Positions 27,259-40,681 of a DNA stretch of 64,000 nt are shown here, in pieces. Position 1 is the first letter of the stretch. Each line of letters starts with the position of its first letter. The DNA comes from Octopus sinensis (taxonomy: Eukaryota): contig NC_043014.1 in the NCBI RefSeq assembly GCF_006345805.1, forward strand, positions 17,050,001 to 17,114,000, written 5' to 3'. The position numbers were made by a program, and so were the translations under genes. The notes beneath the pieces are model-generated. The model had not been told where the DNA came from, searched no databases, and saw only the letters and a program-made list of their open reading frames with translations.

Positions 27259-27797
27259 AGCCTCTATATTTTACACTTGTTTTTCTATAATTTCAGAATA
27301 TCAAATGATGGAAGAAGGATCCTCAATATCTACCATGTTTTAAAGATTAAAGGAAAATATTACACAAAACAGATGAATAACATTGTTTCTACAAATTTGT
27401 GGAAGAATTCCTGTGAAGCATTTACTCTGGAATAATTTCTGAACATCCCTGACTGAAGTGTCAAGAAGATGAGCTTGCATTCCGATTAAAGTTGGATAAA
27501 TTTATGGAATGTTGCTAAACAAAGGTAAGACTGGACAGAAATACAGCAGTAGACGTTTATGTCAAATTTCTAAACATCACGGACTAGTGTGTCAAGAACT
27601 GGAGCATACGTGCCACTGGAACTTGGATAGATTTACGGATGTTTTGCTAAATAAAGACAACAGTAGAAGGAAATAGAGGAGAAGTGTAAGGAATAAAGTA
27701 TAAAAACAAGAGCAAGAAAAATATATCAACTGGGATTTGAGAGGAAAAGAAATAGGAAAGAGAGAGAAAATTATAGAATTGATTTTCCCCTGAACAC

Positions 27798-29513
27798 ATG
27801 ATAAAAGAGATGACATCATATGACTGTGATATCTGTACAAAGTCCTTCTCGAAAAAAAAGTATCTAAATGTGCATAAATATATTCATACAGGTGAGAAAC
27901 CATATCAGTGTGATGTCTGTGGTAAATCATTTTCTCGTAAATATAACTCCATTGCACACAAACGTATTCATACGGGAGAGAATCTGTATTATTGCGAAAT
28001 CTGTGGTAAATCGTTCACCAGAAGTGGTACATTAAGTACACACCAAAGTATTCATACAGGGATACCATATTGTTGTGATATTTGTGGTAAATCATTTTCT
28101 TATAATAATGATCTAAAGAGACACCAACGTATTCATACAGGAGAGAAGCCATATCAGTGTGATATCTGTGGTAGATCATTCTCTGATAGTTCTTATTTAT
28201 CTAAACACAAACGTTCTCATATGGGAGAGAAACCATTTCGCTGTGATATTTGTGGTAAATCATTCTCTCAAAATAGTTACTTAACTATGCACAAACGCCT
28301 TCATACAGGTGAGAAACCGTATCATTGTGATATCTGTGGTAAATCATTTACTGGAAGTAAATTGTTAACAGAACACAAACGTATTCATACAGGGGAGACG
28401 CCATATCGGTGTGATATCTGTGGTAAATCATTTTCTCGAAGTAGTGCCTTAGCAAGACACAAACATATTCATACAGGAGAGAAACCATATAGTTGTGATA
28501 TCTGTGGTAAATCATTCTCTCGAAATAATAGTTTGACAAATCACATACGTATTCATACAGGAGAGAAACCATATGATTGTGACATCTGTGGTAAATCATT
28601 CTCTCAAAGTTATGACTTAAATATACACAAACGTTTTCATACAGGAGAGAAGCCATATCGTTGTGATATTTGTGGAAAGACCTTCATTCAAAATAGTGTC
28701 TTAACTATTCACATACGCGTTCATACAGGAGAGAAACCATATCTTTGTGTTATTTGTGGTAAATCATTCTCTGAAAGAAGTTCGTTAACAAAACACAAAC
28801 TTATTCATACAGGAGAGAAGCCATATCATTGTGATATCTGTGGTAAATCATTCTATCAAAATAGTTCATTAAGAAAACACAAACATACACATACAGGAGA
28901 GAAGCCATATCATTGTAATATCTGTGGTAAATCTTTCTCTTATAATAGTCAGTTGACTATTCACAAACGTGTTCATACAGGAGAGAAGCCATATCCTTGT
29001 GATATCTGTGGTAAATCATTCTCTTGGCATAGTCACCTTACTAGGCACAACCGTGTTCATACAGGAGAGAAACCATATCATTGTGATATTTGTGGTAAAT
29101 CATTCTATCAAAATTGTAACTTAACAAAACACAAACTTATTCATACAGGAGAGAAGCCATATCATTGTGATATCTGTGGTAAATCATTCTATCAAAATAG
29201 TTCATTAAGAAAACACAAACATACACATACAGGAGAGAAGCCATATCATTGTAATATCTGTGGTAAATCTTTCTCTTATAATAGTCAGTTGACTATTCAC
29301 AAACGTGTTCATACAGGAGAGAAGCCATATCCTTGTGATATCTGTGGTAAATCATTCTCTCGACATAGTCACCTTACTAGGCACAACCGTGTTCATACAG
29401 GAGAGAAACCATATCATTGTGATATTTGTGGTAAATCATTCTATCAAAATTGTAACTTAACAAAACACAAACACATTCATATGCGGGAGGAAGGAAAAGG
29501 GCAGTTTCTGTAG
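27798..29513 (+). CDS. C2H2 zinc-finger protein, 20 tandem fingers, 571 aa, no recognisable effector domain
   Basis: Uninterrupted ORF of C-x2-C-x12-H-x3-H units with TGEKPY linkers. Confidence 0.92.
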   Translation: MIKEMTSYDCDICTKSFSKKKYLNVHKYIHTGEKPYQCDVCGKSFSRKYNSIAHKRIHTGENLYYCEICGKSFTRSGTLSTHQSIHTGIPYCCDICGKSFSYNNDLKRHQRIHTGEKPYQCDICGRSFSDSSYLSKHKRSHMGEKPFRCDICGKSFSQNSYLTMHKRLHTGEKPYHCDICGKSFTGSKLLTEHKRIHTGETPYRCDICGKSFSRSSALARHKHIHTGEKPYSCDICGKSFSRNNSLTNHIRIHTGEKPYDCDICGKSFSQSYDLNIHKRFHTGEKPYRCDICGKTFIQNSVLTIHIRVHTGEKPYLCVICGKSFSERSSLTKHKLIHTGEKPYHCDICGKSFYQNSSLRKHKHTHTGEKPYHCNICGKSFSYNSQLTIHKRVHTGEKPYPCDICGKSFSWHSHLTRHNRVHTGEKPYHCDICGKSFYQNCNLTKHKLIHTGEKPYHCDICGKSFYQNSSLRKHKHTHTGEKPYHCNICGKSFSYNSQLTIHKRVHTGEKPYPCDICGKSFSRHSHLTRHNRVHTGEKPYHCDICGKSFYQNCNLTKHKHIHMREEGKGQFL

Positions 29514-30056
29514 TTGAGATTTTTGGTTTCTTTCAATATTCACCTCCCATTCCTGTATTTACTTTTCATGATGTAAGGACCTCTTATACCAAATCTCCTC
29601 CTCCTGAAAACCCTACACATTATTCTTTCTTGAATATCCTGTAATTACAGCATATTTACTGTTTATTGCATTTTAAATGCTTCGCTCATTAAAAATGTTA
29701 CACAATAACTTACATTGTTATTTTTTTTACTCAAGAATATTGTAAATTTGTCAAACATTTACGTAAACAATGACCCCAAATACAAAACACATCACAAAGG
29801 AAGAACAAAGATATAACAGCACATTTCTCTTCAATTTCTCCTATGGGTTACAAATATTGAAGACTGTATTGAGTGACATAATTATAGGTATAGAATGTTA
29901 GAGAAATAGACAGGATGTTCATGGATGGAATATCTATAATCACACGTCTGCTCAGTTAGAAGTGACCTGGATCTAAACAACAATGTCAAGTTATCTTTCT
30001 GGAGAAAGACTAATGTTAGCGTCCACCATTCTATAGTTTTATTTTAAGACTCTTAA

Positions 30057-30160
30057 GGAGTGGCTGTGTGGCAAGTAGCTTGCTTACGAACCACATGGTT
30101 CCGGGTTCAGTTCCACTGCGTGGCACCTTGGGCAAGTGTCTTCTGCTATAGCCTCGGTTC
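30057..30160 (+). mobile_element. Family A SINE head
   Basis: GTGGCTGTGTGGCAAGTAGC...GGTTCAGTTCC. Confidence 0.7.
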
Positions 30161-30269
30161 AGCTTCCTCTTTTCATCATTTCATGTCTGACGTCCATGCT
30201 GGAATGGTTCGATGGTTTGAGCAGGGCTGGCAAACTTCAGTGCTGCAGCACACTCCAGTCTGATTTATG

Positions 30270-31010
30270 ATTTCTTCTTCATCATCTTCTTACAGTATTC
30301 ACCCGGGGTGGGTTGAGCTGGCTTCATTTATCCTCAATGCCGCATCTCTCACAAACGCTGACCAGGCTTGGTGAGTTGAGGCTAACGACCTCCTGATCTC
30401 CAACCACTCCTTATTCCAGCAGCGAACGCCTTGACTGTCATCAGACAGGGTTTTCTTTGTCCACCACATCACTTTTGCCAACCCTGAAGGGGAGCTGGGG
30501 CAATTGCTTCGTAGGGTGGGTTTCAGATCAGCCTTGACTGTCATCAGCCAGGTTTTTCGTTGTCCACCACATTGCGTTCACCAACCCTGAAAGGGAGCTG
30601 GGGCAATTGCTTCGTAGATGAATTCTGGTTGACGACGGAGGGCATGACCCAGCCAATGCAGATGTCTCGTTAGGATGACTTGTCGGAGGGAGGTGATTCT
30701 GCACTGGTGTCACACCGAATTGTTAGAGATAAAGTGATGCCATCGGACACGAAGGATGCGGGGTAGACACTTCACAGGGTACTTTTATGTGATACCACGC
30801 ACTTGCAATTTCACTTTGATAAAGAACAATCACAAGTGCTTTGGGCCACCTGGGGGATGAGTCTGAACATTTCTGCTGTGGAGTATGGGTCTTTATCATA
30901 TCACCAGAAAAGTACTCTGTCCTGACTTTGCTCATCCACACTTTTCCATCTACTTTGAAAGATCGGCACTTCTTTATGGAACTGTTTTTGTCCAGCTGAG
31001 TTGTTAAGGT
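30270..31010 (-). mobile_element. LINE 3' end fragment (RTE-like) with internal duplication
   Basis: C-terminal ORF remnant ..WLEIRRSLASTHQAWSAFVRDA..; GAA/GAT-type tail at about 30270-30290. Confidence 0.55.
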
Positions 31011-31108
31011 AAATGTTTATCTCAATAAAAGTGAGTCTGTATATTTTAAGTAGTTTCTACATTTTACACTGTTGTTTCTCTATAATTTCAGAACGTCAGG
31101 TGACAGAA

Positions 31109-32268
31109 CATCATCATCATTGTTCATCCGTGGTCGAGACAATGGAATTTACCATGCTACGCCAGACTTCACGGTCCATCATAGCATTACGGAGGTCCTG
31201 TTGCTGGATGCCTGTATCCCTGGAGATTACATCAGGGTAAGAGAGTGTGCGCCCTCTGGTATCACGACCGTGGTCAAGACAATGGAATTTACCATGCTAC
31301 GCCAGACTTCACAGTCCATCATAGCATTACGGAGGTCCTGTTGCTGGATGCCTGTATCCCTGGAGATTGCATCAGGGTAAGAGAGTGTGCGCCCTCTGGT
31401 ATCGCAACCGTGGTCGAGACAATGGAATTTACCATGCTACGCTAGACTTCACGGTCCATCATAGCATTGCGGAGGTCCTGTTGCTAGATGCCTGTATCCC
31501 TGGAGATTACCTCAGGGTAGGAGAGTGTGCACCCTCTGGTATCGCGACCGTGGTCGAGACAATGGAATTTACCCTGCTACGCCAGACTTCACGGTCCATC
31601 ATGGCATTATGGAGGTCCTGTTGCTGGATGCCTGTATCCCTGGAGATTACATCAGGGTAGGAGAGTGTGCGCCCTCTGGTATCGCGACCGTGGTCGAGAC
31701 AATGGAATTTACCATGCTACGCCAGACTTCACGGTCCATCATAGCATTACGGAGGTCCTGTTGCTGGATGCCTGTATCCCTGGAGATTACATCAGGGTAG
31801 GAGAGTGTGCGCCCTCTGGTATCGCAAGCAGATGGCTTCCAGAGGAGAAGAAATTACCTCGTTTTCAGCTCTACAACAATGTCCAGCAAACTGGACTCTC
31901 CTACCTTTCACAAGAGATGATATAAGTGGTAGTTTCCTATATATTTGTACTTTAGTTGGATGACACTTCCATGAGAGATTTTGAGCTCTCATAAGGATGC
32001 GAGTGTAAGTTCCATCCAACCGCCTCTTAAGCTTCTTTGATAACGTCCAGGTTTCAGAGCCATATAGTAGAATTGGTTCGACTGTGGCTTTAAAGATTTC
32101 AAGTTTGAAGTCTCTACTTAGATTTGATGACCAGATCTTATGCATGTCATTACAGGCTGACCAGGCCATACCCTTTCTAGTTAGAAAATCTTTTCCAGAT
32201 GATGATATGTATGACCCAAGATATTTGTAATCAGAAACCATATTTAAGGGCACATTGTTGTTGTTGTT
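31109..32268 (-). mobile_element. 5'-truncated LINE (RTE-like) with 9-bp TSD GTGACAGAA
   Basis: YKYLGS and ILLYGSETWTL motifs; (GAT)n tail; TSD at 31100-31108 and 32269-32277; empty site visible in the paralogous region near 27300. Confidence 0.9.
31128..31825. repeat. 140-bp tandem repeat x5 (reiterated LINE 3' end)
   Basis: Units start at 31128, 31268, 31408, 31548 and 31688. Confidence 0.92.
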
Positions 32269-32611
32269 GTGACAGAAGAAGCAACCTCAGTATCTACAAT
32301 GTTTTAAAGACTAAAGGAAAATATCATACAAAACAAACATATAATATTGTTTCTATAAATCTGTGAAAGAATTCGTTTGAAACATTTGCTCTGAAATAAT
32401 ATTATTAGCCAAATTCTGAAAATTGCTGACTAGAATGACACACAAAGAAGCTTGTTGGCAGATTAACATTGGATAAAGTAGAAATTTATGTAAGCAATAA
32501 AGTAAAAAAAGGAAAGCAGGAAAAATATATCAATTGGGATTTGAGAGGAAAAGAAATAGGAAGAAGAGAGAAAATTATAGAATTGATTTCCCCTGAACAC
32601 ATAGAAAAGAG

Positions 32612-33981
<1,370 letters not shown>

Positions 33982-34624
33982 TTTCCTGTTTGCTATATTT
34001 GTTTTAATTATTCCTGTATTTTATGCAATGGAAATTATTGATTAAATATTTCCCAAAATTTCAGTTGTTTCTTTGTTTTTGCAATTTCACCTCCCACTCC
34101 ATCCTTGATCACTCATGCAGTTCCTTTCCATGATATAAGGACCTTTTATACCAAATCTCTCTCCTCACACCCACCCCTACACATTATTCTTTCTTGAATA
34201 TTGCATCTTGTAATTACAGTATATTCATTGTTTATTCTATTTTAAATGCTTCACTCATTAAATATGCCAGCCAGTGAAGGGTGACATAATGGTTGATCAG
34301 GGAAGTTTCCAGAGCTATAAAAGCAGAAGAGACCAGAAAGGAAGAATATGAGGCATACGTATAGTTTAGTGGCCCCACACTAGATTCCTTGTTAATATCT
34401 GAGTAATGGTTTCTTCAACTAACTTTTCAGAAACAAGTTTTCAAAGGTCCAGATTAAGATTATTTTCATAACCTAGAAAATGAACATTTTGGAAGAGATT
34501 CTTATTATGAACCCCACACTGTTTTTGTGAACCCTAACTTCATAACTAGGGGAACCCTACCAGACTCTTGATCAACTAAAAAATCTGGTGACACAATGTG
34601 TAAAATGTTTGTTTCTTGAAGGCA

Positions 34625-34865
34625 TCACATAAATTTATTTCACGTTGCTCTTGTTTACTCATCTGTAGAAGTGAGTTGCAGTGTCACAGGTGCCAAGCTA
34701 TATCGGCCCCTTTGCCTTTCCCTTGGATAACACTGGTGGCGTGGAGAGGGGAGGCCGGTATGCATGGGCGGCTGCTGGTCTTCCATAAAAAAACTTGCAC
34801 AGACTTTTGCCTGGGAGAGTAACTTTCTAGGTGGTCCCACGGTCAGTCATGACCGAAGGGGGTTT
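34625..34865 (+). mobile_element. SINE-like repeat (family C), partial
   Basis: Reverse complement of 35803-36000. Confidence 0.65.
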
Positions 34866-35076
34866 CAGCTCAGCATAGTGTTAATATCATAAGTGTTATA
34901 AAGAATCTCATATGGGCAAACATCCATATATGCCACACACACAAAATAAATTCAAAATCCGAAAGAAATTATTTGTATTATAACTATAACGGAGATAAGT
35001 TATCTCAAGATGGTGCTCCAGCATGGCAACAGTCAAGTGACTGAAACAAATGGAAGAATATAGATAGATCGATGTT

Positions 35077-35680
35077 GGATCTTTTCGGTTTGAATGGCAG
35101 TTTTTTCTAGTGATGTCATATGAAATCGTCACCCATAATTATGACCCTAGTATCGATCTATTGCATTTCAATCTTTTTTCATAGTCATCTCTCTTCCATA
35201 GTTAGAAATAGCAGTCAAATCCCGCACAAATCATAGAATCCCTTTTCCGTTGCTAGAAATAGCAGTCAAATCCCACACAAATCAAAAACATTTCTCTTTC
35301 ACAGCTAGAAATATCAACCAAATATCGCACAAATCATAGAATCTGTTTTCCGTTGCTAGAAATAGCAGCCAAATCCCACACAAATCAAGGACATCTCTCT
35401 CCGATCGCTTTTTTCTTTAGAAATGCAAATAAACCAAATCTGTTTCTTAAACGAGGGACATATTCATACCGTACAGAATGATTTTTACTTCAATAGACGT
35501 CATTGATTGGTTGAAATTGAAGAAAAGAAACAACAAATATCTTACAACTATATAATTTTCTCAATAAAGCCAAGAGAAAAAGATGTTTTATAAACCCATT
35601 CTACCAGTATACGAAGTTTAAAAGTGTTTAGTTACGTGGAAATTATTAAAAAAAAACTGACGTTCAAACCGAAAAGATCC
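35077..35680. mobile_element. GGATCTTTTCGG-TIR MITE containing an about 52-bp tandem repeat
   Basis: Both TIRs present; near-perfect 8-bp TSD TCGATGTT/GCGATGTT. Confidence 0.8.
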
Positions 35681-35802
35681 GCGATGTTAAATATATGGCT
35701 GGAAAGCTGTTATCAACAACTATTATATTTGTTTTTATGTTTGAATAAAGTCATTGACTGATGATTTTCTATTTCATATTTGAGATTTATATTTTTGAGA
35801 CT

Positions 35803-36078
35803 CCAATCGGTCATGACTGACCATGGGCTTGCACCTAGAAAGTTACTCTCCCAGGCACAAGTCTGGACAAGGTTGTTTATGGAAGACCAGCAATTACCCA
35901 TGCATACCTGTGTTATCCAAGGGGAAAGGCAAAGGGGCCGATACAGCTGGGCACCTGTGATGTCGCAACTCATTTCTGCAGCTGAGTGAACTGGAGCAAT
36001 GCAAAACGCAGGTCCAGGATTCGAGCTCACAACCTCACGATCGTAAGCTCAATGCTCCAACCACTGTGCCGTGCCCCT
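35803..36078 (-). mobile_element. tRNA-headed SINE (family C)
   Basis: Minus-strand head GGCACAGTGGTTGGAGCATT...GAGCTCGAATCC. Confidence 0.7.
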
Positions 36079-36458
36079 TCTATCATATATAGAAGGAATT
36101 TCGACAGGAAACCATGTCACTCTATGCTATAAGAGGCTGGCGTTAAGAAAACTTAACAACACTTAAAGGGAAAAATAAAACAGGGCCCACGATGAATGGA
36201 TTAATTGTTGCTGTGGATCGAACCTACAAACCAACGGCATTATACTGTTTGTTAAAGGGAGATAATTAGTCTTTGATGTCTTATTTCATGAGACAACGTG
36301 GTTCCTACTTGATGTTGACTTCCGGGTCAAAGGTCTTTTGAATGAATTTCTTTTAATTAGCTGATAATAATAATAATACGTTTATAATACTTATAATGCA
36401 TTTCTCAACTACCATATACACACATATATAAACAACACTGTCCTTTATGAAACATTTG

Positions 36459-36558
36459 NNNNNNNNNNNNNNNNNNNNNNNNNNNNNNNNNNNNNNNNNN
36501 NNNNNNNNNNNNNNNNNNNNNNNNNNNNNNNNNNNNNNNNNNNNNNNNNNNNNNNNNN
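36459..36558. other. Assembly gap (100 N, true size unknown)
   Basis: Run of N. Confidence 1.
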
Positions 36559-36573
36559 TCTAATTCCACAGCC

Positions 36574-36617
<44 letters not shown>

Positions 36618-36675
36618 CACACACAGCTATATACATACATACATATATATATATATACACCCACACAACTATATA

Positions 36676-36715
<40 letters not shown>

Positions 36716-38129
36716 CTGCTCCCCAACCTACACCACATCCATGAATCTATAGAACAGACCAAACAAAAAGCCATTTTACTAGGATCAGTGATCTTGCTGA
36801 GCAAAGTCTGAAAGAATCTATTGTAGAATGGTTCGCCTTAACTCTCACTCGCCCCTCCCCACCGCCCCCCACTGACCAATATGGAACTGAGGGGGGAGGT
36901 GGTGTGTGTGGGAGATGTTAATGAATAACGAATTCCTTGATATTGTCTTATATGTAGAAAAAATACGTGTGCCTTTGTGTGTATGTGTCTATATAGTGTT
37001 GTATATATATTATAGGTATGTGTGTGTATGTATAGGATGTATATTATCATCATCATCATTTAAATCTAGTTTCCAGCTTGCATGGCCGACACTGAGTTGA
37101 GACAGAGTTATCACACAATACACATGTCTGTGTGTAGTGTATACAGCATGGTGTGTGGTGTGGTGTGTGTACATTTTAGCCCAGACATTCTTTCATTGAG
37201 GGTTTACTACAATCACATTCATCAGGAGTCTCTCTCTCTATCTATGTATTTATATATGTATGTATAAACACACACACATATCATCATCATCTGACTTCCA
37301 TGATGACATGGGTTGGATACACACACCAATTCACATATGTATGTATGCCTAGACATGAGTTCTATATCATATTCTTGTTTTTCCCTGCTGGTATGGGTTG
37401 TCTGAGTCTTCTCCCAACATAAAATCTTGCAAATTTCAGCTGCAATCTTGCATCAATCCTTTGATGAAGTACCAACCTCTTGGGATCAACTTTCAACCCT
37501 TCTTCCGACTGCCCTTGGTTTCTTATACACAGCTTCCTTCCACTTAGATGCCAACCACTTCTTGCCTTCACACTATTACTACTATAACTACTTACTACTA
37601 CACTACTACTATAAACTTACTACTACTACTACTCACTCTTCAGATTTTGTGTTTTGCTATTCATTCACATCCAGGGCCACATTCTCACCTCATTTCATTC
37701 CAGTTTAGCACATTCACTTTACTATGATAAAAAGCTTGAATACAAATAAACACAGAGAGAATGAGAAAAAACCACAGGCATACATAAAGTGACATGTAAA
37801 TAGGATTAAAAGACAGAGTTGAAAGGGAGGAGAGAGGGGTGCGAGTGCGAGGAGAGACAGAGGGGAGAAAGAGGAGATAAAATATTAGAAAGAAATAAGT
37901 GGATACAATAAGCTTATGCAGAAAGGTTAGAAATGTAGCATATATCAGAGAGGAGTGGAAAATGATAACGTAAGGTTGACTGTATGTATATAACTAGTAG
38001 AGAACAAAGAGCAGAAAGACTAAGATCTAGAAAGAAAGTATCATTAGGTGGTGTTGTGTATAAAATGAATAATGTAAGTAGGATTTTATATTGTGGAAGA
38101 GAGGGAGAGAGGAAGGCAGAGGGGAGCGA

Positions 38130-38370
38130 TGAATATATATATATATAATATATATATATATATATCTATATATATATATTATCATATATATATAAATATA
38201 TATATTATATATAAGTAGATTTATATATATATAGAATATAAATAAATATAATATATATATATATATAAACAATATAATATATATCTATATATAAATAAAT
38301 AATATATATATATATATCTATAATAAATAAATTTATATAGTATATATATAATACATATTATATATATCTA

Positions 38371-38403
<33 letters not shown>

Positions 38404-38424
38404 ATTAAAATATATATATATATT

Positions 38425-38469
<45 letters not shown>

Positions 38470-38690
38470 TAAATATATATATATATATATTTATATATAT
38501 CAAATATATATAATATATTATATAAATATATATATATATATATAATATATATAATAAATATAAATATATTACTATATATATTATATAAATATATACTATA
38601 TATAATATATAAAGATATATATTTATATATATAAATATATATATATATATAAATATTATATTATCTATATTATATTATAAATATAATTAG

Positions 38691-38735
<45 letters not shown>

Positions 38736-38806
38736 TATATTATATAGATATATAATATATAAATATAGTATATATATATATATAAAGATATATAGATATA
38801 TATATA

Positions 38807-38841
<35 letters not shown>

Positions 38842-38888
38842 AATATATATATATAATATATATATATAAATATAATATATATATATAG

Positions 38889-38935
<47 letters not shown>

Positions 38936-39014
38936 TATATATAATAAATATATATATATATATATATATATAAATATTTATATATATATATATATAATAT
39001 ATATATATATATAG

Positions 39015-39046
<32 letters not shown>

Positions 39047-39047
39047 T
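38130..39047. repeat. Long degenerate (TA)n microsatellite
   Basis: About 900 bp consisting almost only of A/T. Confidence 0.95.
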
Positions 39048-39435
39048 AAAACAATAGGAGAGTGGAGATTAATTGTACATCAATACTTTTATTAGAAAAA
39101 GTTCGCTAAACATGACCATTCTAAGACCGACATATGTTTCTGTTACAACAGTAGCAAAACTGCAGCACCCTCATCGGGGTCCACTCATTATGATGTTTAC
39201 AGAACGTAATGAGTGGACCCCGATGAGGTTGGTGCAGTTTGGTGCATGTCTGCATGTGATGCAGTTTTGCTACTGTTGTAACAGAAACATATGTCGGTCT
39301 TAGAATGGTCACGTTGTAGCGAACTTTTTCTAATAAAAGTATTGATGTACAATTAATCTCCACTCTCCTATTGTTTTAAATATACACTCTATGCAGTATC
39401 TGGATTAAATTTATAACTGATTTTTTCCCTTCTAC

Positions 39436-39440
<5 letters not shown>
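39048..39440. mobile_element. Palindromic Penelope-like element terminal repeat (inverted partial copy + tail)
   Basis: Arms 39048-39190 and 39207-39377; hammerhead motif in each arm; TA-repeat flanks. Confidence 0.7.
39216..39299 (+). ncRNA. Type I hammerhead-ribozyme-like motif (variant core CCGAUGA)
   Basis: GACC-CCGATGA-[stem II region]-GAAAC-ATAT-GTC-GGTC: stem I GACC/GGTC, palindromic minimal stem III, GUC cleavage triplet. Confidence 0.65.
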
Positions 39441-39477
<37 letters not shown>

Positions 39478-39481
<4 letters not shown>

Positions 39482-40681
39482 AGGTTGAGTCAAAAGTTTT
39501 TTCGGATTTTCACTCATGATTTTTGACAACTTGTATCTCCAAGTTATATTATCAATTTGATACAACTTCTTGTTCAATCGTGCTGAATAGTTTATTCTTT
39601 ATTTTATAGCTTTGACAATGAGTGGTGAATAAATTGCAATAAGAGCCATTTTATGCTGCCTGTGGAAGAAAGGACTGAGTGCAAGACAGTGGCAAAATAA
39701 ATTAATGATGGGGAAAGCCCAGGAACTGTCAATAAATGTGTGGCACAAAACTAGTTCAGATGTTTCAAGGAAGGTGACAACAGCCTCGAAGACAAACCAA
39801 GGTCAAGGAGACCTTCTGTTGTGGAAGATGAGGCCTTACTTGAAATGGTTGAACAACAGCCAAATACAAGCACTTGTACATTGTTGGCAGAACTTGGTCC
39901 TTTACAAAGTACCATCAACTGACACCTCCATAAGCTTGGCCTGTGAACAGATGCTGTCAAGAAGTTCCTCATGAACTGACCAATGACCAGGCTCAATGAT
40001 GTGTGAACATTTGCAAACAGCTGCTGGCAAATCCTTGAGATGCCCATTTTTGGTGTTGAATCGTAACTGGGGATGAAAAATGGAACTATTTTTGTAATCC
40101 TAATAAGAGAAATCAGTGGCTTTGTTCCAACCAGGTTTTAGAACCTGTTGTCAAACAAGGGTGGTTTGAACAGAAGGTCATGTTGTGTGTTTGGTGGAAT
40201 TTCGAGTGAGTGTTGCACTTTGAGCTTGTCCCAGATGGTCATGCTTTGAACACTAACCTATATGCTCAACAAGTGCAGTGACTATATGATGCTTTGAAAG
40301 CCCACTACCCGGCATTGGTCAATCGAAGACACGCACTCCTACAGCATGACAATTCCCCAGCACATACTGCCAATGTGATGAAGTGCAAACTTGAGGGTCT
40401 GTAAGTGCTGCCTCACCTTGCTTACAGTCTAGAACTTGCACCATCAGATTACCACCTTTTCCAAGCCATGGCTCATTTCCCGCCTAGACGGAGGTTCAAC
40501 AATGTGGATGAGGTTGAAAACAAATGGTATCAGTGTGGAATTGAGATTCTGGCACAACAATGGCAACAGACAATAGAATATGATGGGATATATTTTGATG
40601 AATAAACACTTTTCGTATGTAATTTGTTTGAACTATTAATTAAAGCTTGAAATACGAAAAAACTTTTGACTCAACCTGGTA
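39478..40681 (+). mobile_element. Full-length degenerate mariner transposon
   Basis: TIRs ACCAGGTTGAGTCAAAAGTTTTTTCG; TA flanks; TGDEKW, HDNSPAH and YSLELAPSDYHLF motifs with stops/frameshifts. Confidence 0.92.

Noticed and set aside
31128-31825. Regular repeat array as a possible CRISPR
   Set aside because: Units are contiguous near-identical 140-mers with no unique spacers, derived from a LINE 3' end, in a eukaryotic context
38740-39054. ORFs rich in YI/CV/HT dipeptides (also 26153-26403 and 47627-48370)
   Set aside because: Translations of TA/CA microsatellites, not genes
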